Assembly: GCF_006345805.1 (NCBI RefSeq)
Contig: NC_042998.1
Span: 109,554,001 to 109,618,000 of the forward strand
DNA: 64,000 bases
Direction: 5' to 3'
DNA from: Octopus sinensis
Taxonomy: Eukaryota
A program made the translations under genes and the position numbers. The notes beneath the pieces are model-generated. The model did not search any database, was not told the DNA's origin, and was given only the letters and a program-made list of their open reading frames with translations. Of this stretch, positions 14,601 to 29,600 are shown piece by piece. Every line of letters begins with the position of its first letter. Position 1 is the first letter of the stretch.

Positions 14601-17600
14601 TAGTAATCATATAGAAGCTCCCTCACTGGTTTGACAATTTTTGCTGTTGGGATGAAACCGCAACAACAACTCAAAAACACTGTCAACATTACTTTAAGAC
14701 TTACAATAAACAGAACATCATCATTTAACGTCTGTTATCCAAGCTGGCATAGGTTGGACAGTTGGACAAGAGCTGGCAAGCTAGAGAGCTGCACCAGGCT
14801 ACAGTCTGATTTGGCATGGTCTCTACAGCTGAATGCCCTTCCTAAAGCCAACCACTTTACAGAGTGTGCTGGGTCCTTTTACATGGCACTACACAAGCGC
14901 TTTTACAGGCTCCAGCATGTAAAAGTGCTTGAGATGGTTTGGTAAATAATTGCTTAGGTAAATATTTTAGTTTACTACAGAAACAATTGCTCAGTAAAAT
15001 ATTGGTTTACTAAAATAATTGCTTTGGTAAATAAATGTTTTACTTGCCATAAGGGATGGCTCTCTTTGTATATGAATGTCTTCAATTTCATTAACAGCAA
15101 CAAGACCATCATCAGAATCAATTTCCATTGCTACCTCTTCATAGTTGTCTTGGAGCACCTTACTTGTTTTACCATCGCTTTTGGTTTCATTCAGCTGGGA
15201 CAAACAGGATGGAGGCTAGATGTTCAAATAAAGATATTGAAGTGATAATGATACATTCATACTACTTAATTGAAATTTTTGTTTTTTACAAACAATATTT
15301 ACTTGCACATAATGCAAAAATTTATAAAGTCATGTCAAAATTGGAGAGAGAGAGAGAAAGGGAGAGGGAGCATTACACTCAAGAGTAGTAAAAAATGTAA
15401 ACAACCCATGAAAGTGAAGATACCAAAGGAGGAAGCCCCAAGGCAGCTAACAATGTATATATTTCATTACCTGTAGAAATGATAGCGAATACAGCCAATG
15501 GCAATTGTTAATTCTATTTATTAGTATGCTGCTGGTGTAAGGTTATACACTATTTTTTAAAAGTAGTTATTTAATTTAAAAGATTACAGTCTAAATTGTG
15601 TAAGATACATTACAGATGTATGCTGGTAGTGGAAGGAATATTCAGTACACACCATTGTAATAAAAGTACATACATGAAAAGAGATATTGCTTAATCAAAA
15701 CTAAGTCCCAGAATTTAGTTAAAATTTAAAAGTCAAAACATATATCAATGATTTTTAGCTACAAGAAAGACGGAGTAATGTTCTCATGCAAATGTAATAA
15801 GCTGCTATGGATAAGACATTGTTCACTAAGTGGTTTAAACAAAGATCAGTTATTGTTAATAAAAGTCTATATTTTCTCTCAGCGGTGGATATGTACATTT
15901 AATGAAAGAAAATGAAACACACCTTATTGTTAATTGCCAATTCCTTCTTCTTTTCACTGAGATACTTCGCTAGTCTCTCTATTTGTTCAACTGGGTCATC
16001 TACTTCAAGAATTTTATTTATCTCTCTGCGTTGGTTATTTACCAATTTTGACTTATCTTCACTGGAACTCAATCTTCTACGACACGAACGGTAAGCTGGT
16101 CGGTGCTTCAGGAATCCAAGTTTCCGTTTGATTCCGCTTTTATTACAGGATTGTTCTCTCAACACTGAAAGTAACAATTATTGTAGTATTTATGTACAGT
16201 CCTGAAATTAGCCCCATGTCTTTCACCAATATGATCTCATAATTACCAAGGAACCAGTTAAGAATTAAAGTATAGTCACTGCAGTTACCTCCCTGAAAGC
16301 ACTAAGAAACTTAAGCTTCTAAAGGTTTATTATTGTAAAAAGTAATTAAGAACTGTAATGGAGAAGTCTATAGGACACAATTACTGTTACCTTACAAGCA
16401 TCTTCAGCTCCCTCCAAAAGAAAAGTGTTCAACTGTTTGAAAAACACTCACATACGAACACACTTTACTCAATTTGACTTGACTCACTTGCCTTTCTTCA
16501 ACCCAGTACAGATACTGCATTAAACATTTCACTCAAACCTAACTCCAAAAGCTATAACGGTCTGGAAGTCTCTTTCCCTGCAAACATTGCCCTACAGAAT
16601 TTCAAACAGAATGTCAAAAAAGCCTGATAATGTCATGAGCCCTGCCCCACTTCCAACCAAATGGAGAGGATTTTCATATAAAATAATTTAATTTGCATTG
16701 GAGATTATCAAAGTAATTGTTATTCTTATTTCTAACATCCAATTACAGCAAGTTACACTTAATGTATGTACAACAAAAGGAATAATTCTATAATAAAGCA
16801 TTTCAATAACAAATATGTCACTCTTTAAGAACTTGACTAATTTTAGCACAAATATATTAATCAGAAAATCTGAAAAAATAAATTTCGTTGATGAAATTAG
16901 TAAGTATTTGAGTCTAACTTGATAAATGGCAAGGCATCAATGTATCTGACAACAGTTTTCCACTTTTAAAATTGATAAGAGTGCAGAAATATGTAAATAG
17001 ACATATAAGATATACAATTCAAGGGGCATGAATCTATCTCAATTCACAAAGCCTACAATGATCAACCAACCATATGAATCAAGACTAAATATCACAAACA
17101 GCCCTACTAGTTCTGAAATCACAACTGAAGAAGTAAAAAGAAAACCCATAAGCAATACACTTGCTTATGGGCCAAATACACTAAATGCAAGAGCCACATA
17201 TATTAAACATCAAATGCTCAAGAGATGCAAGACATTTACATATTGCATAAATATTTGGTAACAAAAATTAGATATAAATATTAACAAATGTATGTCTACA
17301 AATTTTATTATTGACTTTCAACTTCTAAATTTGTTTCAACAATCAAAAGTATACATATATTCTTTTAAAAAGTGGAAATGTTTTAATCAAATAACACCTT
17401 CCAAAATTACAGCCTTTAATATTTTTATGATTGCTACTGCTATGACTACCAAGATATTAAAGCCACGTTTGCTGCTTTTAAGTCTTGTGAGTCTCCACCT
17501 TGGCAGTGAATCTTTAACCCTTTCGATACTAACCCAGCTGAAAAACTTTTTGGTTCATAAGACCAACCCAGCTATAGCCAGCCAAGAGTACCCATTGTTA

Positions 17601-20600
17601 TTTAAATGCGAATTTAAGCACAAATCTCATTAGTACATTTGTGAAAATATGTGATTTCACTTTGTAAATAGTTGAGTTATTGTATCCGACATTGCTTGAT
17701 GTGATATCTGAACTCAGTAAATTTTGGGAGATTTTTTCCACGTCAATTTTTTTTTTTCAACTTTGAAAATGGATAGGAGTTTCATGCTACCAAGCAGTGA
17801 TTCCAAATTTAAAAGCTTTTCAACAGAAAATATGGAGTTATCGAGAAAAAGAATGAATGAGGTACAAAAGCACGTGGTGTACGAGAATGAATAGGATATT
17901 TCTGTATCTGAAACCGAAAGCGGTGATAGCAACAGTGAAGACAATTTTACATCGGAATGAAGTAAAAACTTTAAAATGTTTTTATTAGCAATTTTTCTGA
18001 GGAGATGGGGTCTATCCATAGTCTTTCTTAAGAAGTGAAACAATTTTTTTCAGTATGCTTGTTTGAAGCGATCACTGTGGAAACAAACTGTTACGCAGAA
18101 TGTAAGCAAACAGTATATGCTACGAAAGCCCACAAAATGGGGGATCAAAGTTTGGAAAATTTGTGAAGCAAATACTGGGTACTGCTGTGGATTTTGTTTT
18201 TATACAGGAAAAATAATGTTAGTCAGCATGGCCTAGGGTACGATGTGGCCTGGAATTTATCACTTCCATACCATAACCAGGGCCGTATATTATTTTTTTA
18301 CCTATATTTTTTTTAGTTTGGTCAAACTTGCAGTGGATTTAGGTGGATTCCAGTATTTCGGTTTATTTCACCTTTATGGTACACTTGTTCTGTTGTGCAT
18401 TAAATTCAACTGATAATCTAGTGATGTGTACAATTCTTTTATATCAAAATTTTGTTTCATACCCAAATGAATATTAGCTGATAATTCATTTTCTATGGTG
18501 ATGTTTAAACAAAATTTAAATATTTTTACCTTTTGCTCAGTTTGCCTGGATTTACCTGTAATTAGAGTCACTTTGAGACAAAAGTTATGCAATTGAATTA
18601 AAAACCCTTTCTTTAATTATGTTCCAAATATCACATTAAAATGTTGATAAGTAAAAAAGGTTACAGTTGTTTAATGAAACTAGTCTAGATTCATGATTAT
18701 TTTAGAATTTAATAGAAACTCATGGGGGGGGGGTGTATTTTGGTCAGAAATATAGTAACGAAAGGGTTAATACTGTGGCTGATAGGTTGTCAAAGCTGTA
18801 CAAATTGGCAAAAAAAAGTGAGGCAAGACTTCAGCTGCAACAAGACATAAAACATGTCTAGGAAATTATCAAGAAATCTTTGTAATTTAACCTTAGTATT
18901 TTTCGGGTTCTGATCTTTTATTTCAATATCAAAGAATGTGTTTACTTTACTAAGAATTGGATAAGTGTCTGAAGTTTCTTGACAAGATGTCTTTTTGGAT
19001 AACATTTCAAAAACTGAAAATCAGCTGAGTAAGATCGGAAACAATCTTATACATCCAATGGGGTACCAAGGTGAGAGTTTGTATATGTTTTATTATGTGA
19101 ATAAGGAACATCAGATCATGCATCCATTCATCACTTTCCATCCATATCACAACAGAAAGAAATATCACTGAGTTTACATTAGAGCTTTCAATCCCCAGAA
19201 TTTCTGAAATGCCAGGTCTTCCTTTTAAGTATGAGAAATAAACAACTTCAAGATCAGTTTGCGCTATATCTTCATATATAAAATACTTGGCTGCAAGCTG
19301 TTCACACTGAAGAATGTAGATGGAGAAATTCTGGAAAGCAGGCATTTCTTTTCTTTAATGCAATTAACTCTGCATTTTCTTCATTATTGCAGGTGCTCTG
19401 TCTGATGCAGCACTGATGAGTCTACACAGTGGAATATCAATATTTAAGGCTCTACCAAGCACATTTTTTAATGTCAATGGCACATATTGTTTTTGTGGCC
19501 AATGCTTTTTCTTTCACAACTGACATCAGAAGCCTGATAAACAGTAGGTTACCCTGTCTGCTGTAGATTCACCAAGAACTAAACTGAATTCCAGGAAATT
19601 CTTTAAGTCATTTTGCATTTATCTGCAACATCGATACTGATTGGAGAGAATCATTTTGTGATAACAAAGTTTGTTTGCTTGGTCACTGAAATTTATAATT
19701 ATTATTATTTCTTTTTTTTACCAGGGGAAGGGGTCAAAATTTAACAATGTAATAACTACAGGTATATTCTTCAGAAAGTTGGATTTAGCATTAAAAAAAT
19801 TCTAAATTCCATAACACAGCATAACTAGCTTTCACTGTTGTTTCAGTTTTTTGTTGAACATTATTATGGACCTGTTGGTTATTTAGTCATGTTTTATTAT
19901 AGCTGACTCGTTTTCTGATTTTGATGGATAATCACACAAAATGATTTTGCAATTTACTTCATAATGGTGCTCTTAATTACTAGCTTTGTTATAACTTTCT
20001 TTAATGGTGAATGCAAAATCTTCCCGCTTTTGTAAAATTTCTATTTTCATTTGTAAATTAATCGCTGAACTCATCTATTTTACAGCAAAGAGAAGTGGTT
20101 TCATATTTCATTATTTCATAACATTGACTTCTCTTATCTTCTGAAGTTATTTTCCAATTTATCTCATTATTTTTTGATTCTATCTTTCTTGAAAATGTTT
20201 AGTAATAATTGGGTGTGGAGTAGGCTAATACATGTACACTATTTCTTCAGGGAACTTTGCTATGAGTAACAGCATACAAACTCTGCAGTTACTACTATTT
20301 TAGCCATAGGTGAGCTCAGAACAAGCAGGCCTATGATCACAAGCATTCCAGCCATGCTGGGTGAGTGACCATGTAGATGCTGCTTCCCTGGCTACAATAG
20401 GATGCAATTGTATGTGGTTAACAAGCTGAAGCAAAAAGCAAAACTTTTACCTCTGCTGTGTGATACTGATAAATATAAATGTACAATTCAAACACTAAAA
20501 AAAAACAACTAAATTACATATTAATTTGTTTTAATATTGATCAGAGGAACCAAAACTTAAATGTTAAGACAGATCCAACTTAAACCCTGTGATATCAGTT

Positions 20601-23600
20601 TTAATACAACAAAACCAAACTCAATAAATACTGATTTATAGTGACATGAGCAAGATGAGGAGTAGACAAAGTAAACTGCTGAGACTATTGATTTCTTTAC
20701 CACATCCAAATCTTTATTCAATCTTTCACTGACCTTAGTCCACTGATAATTCACTTGTAAACCTTGCTGACTTGAAGTTTCTCTGATCCACAAACCTCTT
20801 ATCATTCTTTCCCTCAACACTTATAAATGAAGCATTACTCAAATTTAGCATTAAAATTAAAACTAAAATCAACCATGAACATTAACATTTCTGCCCACAT
20901 TTTCTTCAGTATTCCTCTTTCACAGGTTCATTTCTACTTGTATCATGACATTTTTTTTTCACCTAAATATCATTGTTAATGCACATCACATTTACACCAA
21001 GACAGTTTCTGTTCTTACACACTTTAACTGATACTGCTAAAACTCAGTTTTTCTGGCAGTGTACTTGTGCTTTGATGCTCATGTATGCTGACTTATTTTC
21101 ATTTGTTTATCTGAAGGACAAGGCCTTTGCAGATGCTCCAAGTCTGGTGAGATCAATACTTTTTAACAGTGCTCTTGAACAAATTCCAGTCAATGGCAGC
21201 AAGAAAAACGTGTTGGGAGTGTAATTCCAGAGGGCCAACATTCAGGAGAGGTAAGACTGGGAATACTAATTGCTATGCAAGTTGAGAGAGTAAGAGAAAT
21301 GAACGGGTCAAGACTACTGGAGTTAAGGTGGCACAAGACCAAACAGCAGAAATTGGAATATGTTGTTGAGCAACTTTACACCATTTAAATAACTTTTCTT
21401 TAGATAAAGTCTATGATGTTTGTCTGAATACAGACCCAAATGCATGATGAGTACCCCATTGTGTATCTCACCTTAACTTTGCAATGGGTACATTTTTTCC
21501 ACCTTTTGCTTATATTTTACATTCAGTGCTCAGTTTTTGCTACAATTTATATCTTACATCATACACAAGTATCATACAATCTGCTCTTCCCTCCATGACA
21601 CATTCTGTTACCAACAGGAGTAATATTTCCTTGAAGCTCTATTATAGCTAAAATCTATATATATATAAACGGCAAAATGACTGTGTGTGTGTGTGTGTGT
21701 ATCCTTTATGCAAATCCACAATTTTTCAGTTAGAGCTCACACTTTCTATGGTCATTCAAAACCATCCAAGGGTGGTCGTGCACATCTTTACATTTCCCCA
21801 GTCACCCCGCAAAGCCATTAAAAAATCAATAGAAGTGACATTTTTGTGAATTTTCTATCCAAAACCCAATCACAATGCCCGAAACTTGATATGCCAATTG
21901 AATGCCAGCTAATTATATGTGATTGGTCAGAGATTTGGACAGTACTCGCGTGTATGTGTGCACGCATGCAGCTGTATATGCCTGCACTAGTACTTTTATA
22001 AAAACATACCTCCACAACATATTAGATCATTGAAGTAACAAAAACTACCAACAACTTCTAGTGAGCCTTCTGAAAGATTTCATTTCTTGAGTGTGTCCAG
22101 TGCTAACCATTCTTACATGTAAAATCTTCCTCTGTCAGACTGCCTGAAATTTCACTGTGTATTTACATTGGGAGTACAGTATAGAGCTGTTAACCTACTC
22201 TCAGCATACTGAGCAGGATCACTTCCCATTTGGTAGTATTTGTGTTTTCTCTCTTTATCAAATATTTTAGAAATTCACCTTCAGGTCTCTCAATTCTAGA
22301 GCCTGTTTTCATATCAGAACTTAAGCCTAATTTTTCAATTGATTTGGATATGTAAACTAGGTCATCATCATACAGGAGATCACACAAACAGATGGTGATG
22401 AACGCCTCTTTCATAATTTGCAGAACTGTAATCAAGAGGTTCAGAACCAAGCTTTGATGGACACATCAGTATGGTAAATAAAATTCTGCAAACTTTCAAC
22501 AAAATTATATTGATCCATTTTATATATACACGATTTTACACACACACAAAGTGCAGACATGGCTGTGTGGTTGAGACGTTCTCTTCCCAATCAAGTAATT
22601 TCAAGTTCAGTTCCACTGCTTGAGCCTTTGGGTATCTTCTACAATAACCTCAGGTCAACCAAAGTTTCCTGAGAGGATTTGGTAGGCAGAAACTGTTTCC
22701 AAACAAAGTAATATTTTGCCATAGCTAGACATGCATTTACAGAAGACTGAAAATGAATAACCTCACTTGTGTGATGATGCTCACTTAAAACTATCACACA
22801 ATGCCTAGACAAGGATACATACAAAAACACACACGATAAGTTTCTTTCAGTTTCCCTCTATCAAATCCACTCACACAGCTTTGGTTGATCCAGGGCTATA
22901 GTAGAACACCTGCCCAAGGTGCCATGCAGTGGAACTGAACCCAAGAACATGGGTGTATGTTACCGTCAGGATATATAAACTCATTCATATGTCTAATGTG
23001 TTTATCAATATAGGTTGGACAGGGATTTATTTGAGGCAAGATTTTACAGCCAGATGCCCTTCCTGTTACTAAAATGTTTTTCAGGAAAGAGACTTTTTTT
23101 ATTCCACAAGGCTTTGAAAGCAGAAAGTTAGCAGGGAATGTAAGCATCAACACTCACAAAGATTTGCCACCCCATCACACACATATATAAGGGACTGCAG
23201 TAGAAGGTGACTTTATGCTAGGAGATGTATGAAAGAAGGGGGCCATAATCGAAAAGGTTTTTTTGCTGTAGAGGAGCTACATGCTTTCTCACATTATAAA
23301 AGAGTGGGTGGGGTGGAACTGGAAAGATATATATATACTGCAAAGTAAACTTTTTAACCAGACAACCATGCCAGCACTTTATATATACATATATATGGCT
23401 ATTTTTATTGTACTAATCCAAGAAATCTATGTAGTAATGGAATTTTTTTAGGTAAAATAAGTTTTGGGAACAAACCTGTTGACTCTCTTTTATATGACGA
23501 TCTATTTGAAGAGTTTGTCTTCCGACGCAAAGTCTCAGATCTTGACCGACTAACAGGCTTTGACTGAGAGGATTTTGAAACAGAGGGTTTAGGTTTGTTA

Positions 23601-26600
23601 TTTTCTGATGTTGAGGCTAAAGCAATGCGTCGCAGTTCTTCTATTTCATCATCCTCATCTTCAGCCTTCTGAAAAACAAAATATGGAAAGACAAACATGG
23701 CTAAAAAAAAATGGAAAGTAAATGAAAAAGACAATATACAAAAATTCAGTACTTATATAAAATTGACAATAACATATCACATTAAGAATGACAAATATTA
23801 AAGTTTTCTTTTATCTTTTTACTTGTTTCAGCTCAAGAGCACGGCTATTTAGTTAAATGGATAACAGTTCTGAATCATAATCTTACAATTTAAAGAAATT
23901 ATATTTCTCATTCATATGTGAGAAGAAATGAGATCAGGAATAACAGAGACAAAATCTGTAGCTGGTAGCCAAAATAGGGACTATATTTGGGATAATGAAT
24001 CTATTATTAATGTTCGAGTTATATAAAAAGAAGGGCTAAAACTACATAATCAACATTTAATTTTAAGACAGCTGAAGTAGACAAACATTTTCTATAATAC
24101 AACTTGAATACGTTTATTGCTTGCTGAAGTGACTTTGTATTTATTTAAACATTTATGATTTCATAGTATTCAGTCAACAGCCTTTCTAGAAACATATATG
24201 ACAACCATCTAATCATGCATTAAAAGGAAAATGTAAAATGAAATAGCAGAACCAATAAATAAATGTTGTCAGTATTTTCAAGAGTATCAAACAATCCAGC
24301 TTTTAATATCAATAAAATATCACAGGAAAAGAAATTTTTTAAAATTCTGTATAAAACATCATCATCATTTAATGTCTGGTTTCCGTGGAACTGTCTAGGC
24401 AGAAGACTACAATGTCTGTTTTGGCATGGCTTTTATGACTGGATGCCCTTCTTAATGCCAACCACCCAGTAGAGTGGACTGGGTGCTTTTTACATGGAAC
24501 CAGCAGTCAATATCAGTTTTGGCATGGTTTTTACAGTTGAATGTCCTTCCAAATGCCAGTAATTTTACAGTGTGGACCGGATACTTTTTTTTACATGGCA
24601 CCAACACTGGCAGGATCACCAAGTAGCTTTCAAAACAATGAACCTTTGAGAATGGAGGAAGCAACCTTGTTTCAGGTGATGAAAGGTTAGTGTGACAGAA
24701 ACAGGTGCCTTGCTGTAGAGAAGATATATGGTTACTTGGCCAGAGAGAGGCAAAGAGATCAAGAACGAGGACAGAAACAGGTATGTTGCTGTAGAGGAAA
24801 TACATGGTTACCCAGTCAGATGGAGAGAGCAAGAGTAGAAGAATATGAGAATGCAGGAGAGAGATGGTGGTGAAGTGCCAGGGCATACTCATAGCTAACA
24901 GGGATCAGAATACAAATGGTAGGGTATTGCCGAAGGTACATGAGTAAAAAGTAGAGACTTCACATGAATGCAAAGTGTTGGTGTGGGGAATGTAGTGACT
25001 GTGAAACCTGGGTAGAGGAACAACAGGATAGCAATGATATAGTGAGTACAGGATTAGAGAGGAAGAGATAAGCATAGGACATGAAAAAGAGGAAATGTGA
25101 GGAAGATATGTAGTTTGGTTTGTTGGGGTAGGGTGTACATGTGGGTGGAACACACAGCACTTCTAGAACTCAGTTTCACTTAAGTGAGCAGGTCTTTTCA
25201 AGAACCTTATACCACCAGACATCTTGGTCCATTGTCACATACAGAAATATTTTCTCATGAAAATTTAAAATAGGTACAGTGGTCAGGTTGACAATCATTT
25301 CTAGAGATTAAATATATGACAGTCCAAAATGAAAATTCATAAGCTATATTTTGGAAAAACTTGGAAAAAAAGATAAATAAAAACTTACGTGAGAATTAAC
25401 AAAAACTACTCTCTTATCATTACTTTCTGACCCAGATTTTGGTGGATTCCATCGACTTTTTGTTTTTTTATTAGACTCTGAAGATGATTCATGAGATTGA
25501 GAACCTTTGGAGCTAACAGAAATAGTTCGATAGGAGTCCCAATTCTTGTTGCCAGGAGACTGAGTAGATTTATCCTGAACAGCTAAATTCTCTTCTTCAT
25601 CAAGATTGGCTATTTGTTTTTGAATACTACGGTACTTTCTCAACAGGTCTTCATAGTCACTGTTTTCCTTGAGAGATGACATTTGATGAGCACCAACAGA
25701 AAACAGCGATCCACGACTCTCACGCATTCTCCGTTTCTTCTCCCATACTGAAATTAATTGTTAAGGGTAACAACAGACATTCATATACATATGAAATCAT
25801 AGTATATATATATATATATATATATACACAAACACACAACTGCGTGTGCTAATATAGACTGTAACATTAAGAACAATGTAAGAAAAACTAAAATTGGTAG
25901 GAGTAACAATTAAAAACCGGAGGACAGCTGATATGGATGGCAATTTAGAGATTATAAATTATCTGATAAACAATTAACTACATTGCTAATCATCTCTATA
26001 ACTTGTCTCAGTGTAACAGGTCTAACCATGTGTGTCTTCTTACTTTTTTCTCTTTTTCTTCTTATTTCTTTGTCCGCTTTCCATGCTAGCATGGGTTGGA
26101 CGGTTCAACTGGGGTCTGGGGAGCCCGAAAGCTGCACCAGTCCAGTCAGATCTGGCAGTGTTTCTACAGCTGGATGCCCTTCCTAACGCCAACCACTCCG
26201 AGAGTGTAGTGGGTGATTTTATGTGCCACCGACACAGGTGCCAGACGAGGCTGGCAAACGGCCACGCTTGGATGGTGTTTTTTATGTGCCACCGACACAG
26301 GTGCCAGACGAGGCTGGCAGACGGCCACGCTCGGATGGTGTTTTTATGTGCCACCGACACAGGTGCCAGATGAGGCTGGCAAACGGCCACGATCGGATGG
26401 TGCTTGTTACGTGCCCACAGCACGGAGGCCAGTCGATGCGGTACTGGCTACGGCCACGTTCGGATGGTTTTATTGTGTGCCACGTGCCACCGGCACTGGT
26501 ACCACAAAGATACAAATTCCATTGATGTTCATCTATTTTGATTTGTTTTGATTTGATTTTCACTTGCCTCAACAGGTCTTCACAAGTGTCACAAGAAGGA

Positions 26601-29600
26601 AGGTATGCACAGGTGGACTGACTACGTCCCAGGTAGGGGCCATGGGTTATGGCCTGACTAGTCTTGCCGGGTCTTCGGATGGTGTTTTTATGTGCCACCG
26701 ACACAGGTGCTAGATGAGGCTGGCGAACGGCCACGATCGGATGGTGTTTGTCATGTGCCCACAGCACGGAGGCCAGTCGATGCGGTACTGGCTACGGCCA
26801 CTTTCGGATGTGCCCACAGCACGGAGGCCAGTCGATGCGGTACTGGCTACGGCCACTTTCGGATGGTTTTCTCTTGTGTGCCACCGGCACTGGTACCACA
26901 AAGATACAAATTCCATTGATGTTCATCTATTTTGATTTGTTTTGATTTGATTTTGATTTGATTTTCACTTGCCTCAACAGGCCTTCACAAGTATCACAAG
27001 GAGGAAGGTATGCACAGGTGGACTGACTACGTCCCAGGTAGGGGCCATGGTTTATGGCCTGACTAGTCTTGCCGGGTCTTCGGATGGTGTTTTTATGTGC
27101 CACCGACACAGGTGCTAGATGAGGCTGGCGAACGGCCACGACCGGATGGTGTTTGTTATGTGCCCACAGCACGATGGCCAGTGATGCGGTACTGACTACG
27201 GCCATGTTCGGATGGATTCTTGTGTGCCACCGGCACTGGTACCACAAGCGGTACTGACTACTTTTTATGTGCCACCGACACAGGTGCTAGATGAGGCTGG
27301 CGAACGGCCACGACCGGATGGTGTTTGTTATGTGCCCACAGCACGATGGCCAGTGATGCGGTACTGACTACGGCCACGTTCGGATGGATTCTTGTGTGCC
27401 ACCGGCACTGGTACCACAAAGATACAAATTCCATTGATGTTCATCTATTTTGATTGATTTTCACTTGCCTCAGCAGGTCTTCACAAGTGTCACAAGAAGG
27501 AAGGTATGCACAGGTGGATCGACTACGTCCCAGGTAGGGGCCACGGGATATGGCCTGACTAGTCCTGCCGGGTCCTCTCATGCACAGCACACTTCCATAG
27601 GACTCGGTCTTCAGTCATTTCCTTGGTGAGACCTAAAGTTCGAAGGTCGTGCTTCACCACCTCGTCCCAGGTTTTCCTGGGTCTACCTCTTCCACAGGTT
27701 CCCTCAACTGCTAGGGTGTAGCACTTTTGCACACAACTATCTTCAGCCATTCTCGTCACATGACCATACCAGCGCAGCCTTCTCTCTTGCACACCACAAC
27801 TGACACTTCTTAGGTTCAACTTTTCTCTCAAAGTACTTACACTCTGACGATTATGAACACTGACATTACACATCCATCGGAGCATACTGGCTTCATTTCT
27901 TGCAAGCTTACGCATATCCTCAGCTGTCACGGCCCATGTTTCACTACCATGTAGCATGGCTGTACGTACACACGCATCATATAGTCTGCCTTTTACTCTT
28001 AGCGAGAGGCCTTTTGTCACCAGCAGGGGTAAGAGCTCTCTAAACTTTGCCCAGGCTATTCTTACTCTAGCAGTTACACTTTCAGCACACCCACCCCCGC
28101 TACTGACTTGGTCTCCTAGGTAGCGGAAGCTATCAACTACTTCTAGTTTGTCTCCCTGGAACGTGGTAGAAGTTGGTCTCTGCACATTTCCAGTGTTTAT
28201 TTCTCTTGAGCATCTGCCACAGACAAAAACTATTTTCTTAGTTAGCCTTCCTTTGACATTGCTGCACCTCTTATGTGTCCATAGCTTACACTTGGTGCAC
28301 CTTATAGAGTTTCTACCTACACCTTTTTTACAGATCGAGCAGGGCCATCTACCTGAAGTTGTTTGTGGTTGGTCCACCTTCCTACTTATTAGGACTTTGG
28401 TTTTGGCTAGGTTGATTCTAAGGCCCTTCGATTCTAATCCTTGTTTCCACACCTGAAACTTCTCCTCCAGTTCTGATAGTGACTCGGCAATTAGAGCAAG
28501 GTCATCAGCATATAGGAGCTCCCAGGGGCATCCTGTCTTAAATTCTTCCGTTATTGCCTGGAGGACTATGATAAATAGGAGGGGGCTGAGGACTGAACCT
28601 TGGTGGACCCCAACCTCTACCCGGAATTCTTCACTGTACTCGTTGCCAACCCTCACCTTACTAGCTGCGTCTCTGTACATGGCTCGCACAGCTCTCACTA
28701 ACCATTCATCTATCCCTAGTTTCCTCATTGACCACCAGATAAGGGATCGGGGGACCCTGTCAAAGGCTTTCTCTAAGTCAACAAAAGCCAGGTACAAGGG
28801 CTTACCTTTGGCTAGGTATTTCTCCTGCAGCTGTCTTACCAGGAATATAGCATCAGTAGTACTTTTCCCTGGCACGAACCCAAACTGCATATCATCTAAG
28901 CTAACTCTCTCTCTAATTAACTGGGCTATAACCCTCTCCGTAACCTTCATTACCTGATCCAACAGCTTGATGCCCCTGTAGTTATTTGTATCTAGGGCAT
29001 CGCCTTTACCTTTGTAGCAGTTGACTATTATGCTGCTACACCAGTCATTGGGTATGACTCCTTCGTGTATCACCTGGTTAACTATACGGGTGACTATGCT
29101 ATAGCCGACACTACCAGATATTTTGAGCATCTCTGCAGTAATTCCTGATGGGCCTGGGGCTTTCCCTGTCTTCATGCTTCTAATTGCCTTAGCTACCACG
29201 GAACTATCAACTCGGATAGCTGGTCCCTCTGTTGGGTCAACATTCGGCAGACTCTCTTTATCCCATTCATTTTCCTCATTCAGCAACCTTTCATAGTGGC
29301 GTCTCCAAGCTTCTCTCTTTGCATCCTCATTTAGCGCAAGTGAGCCATCCTCCATGCGAACACATTTCTCTCCTACCACATCTCGATTCTCTCTCACACA
29401 CTGTCTTGCAACACGAAATACCTCAAGTCTTTCATCCTCACGGCGCAGGACATTGGCAAATTTTCTTTTATCTGCTTCCCCTCTGGCTAGATAGACCTGT
29501 CTCCTAGCTTCCCTTCTGGCAGTCTGATACACTTCCCTGCTACCACCGTTCTTCCAGGCCTTCCAAGCCTGTTTCTTTTGTCTAATAGCCCTATCAACAA

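Noticed and set aside
22811-22818. Second U12-like donor GTATCCTT in intron 3
   Set aside because: It is isolated, with no upstream exon or partner branch point; likely chance.
26217-27390. Regularly spaced ~60-bp repeats resembling a CRISPR array
   Set aside because: There are no unique spacers and no cas genes; the units are contiguous subrepeats in a LINE 3' UTR in eukaryotic DNA.
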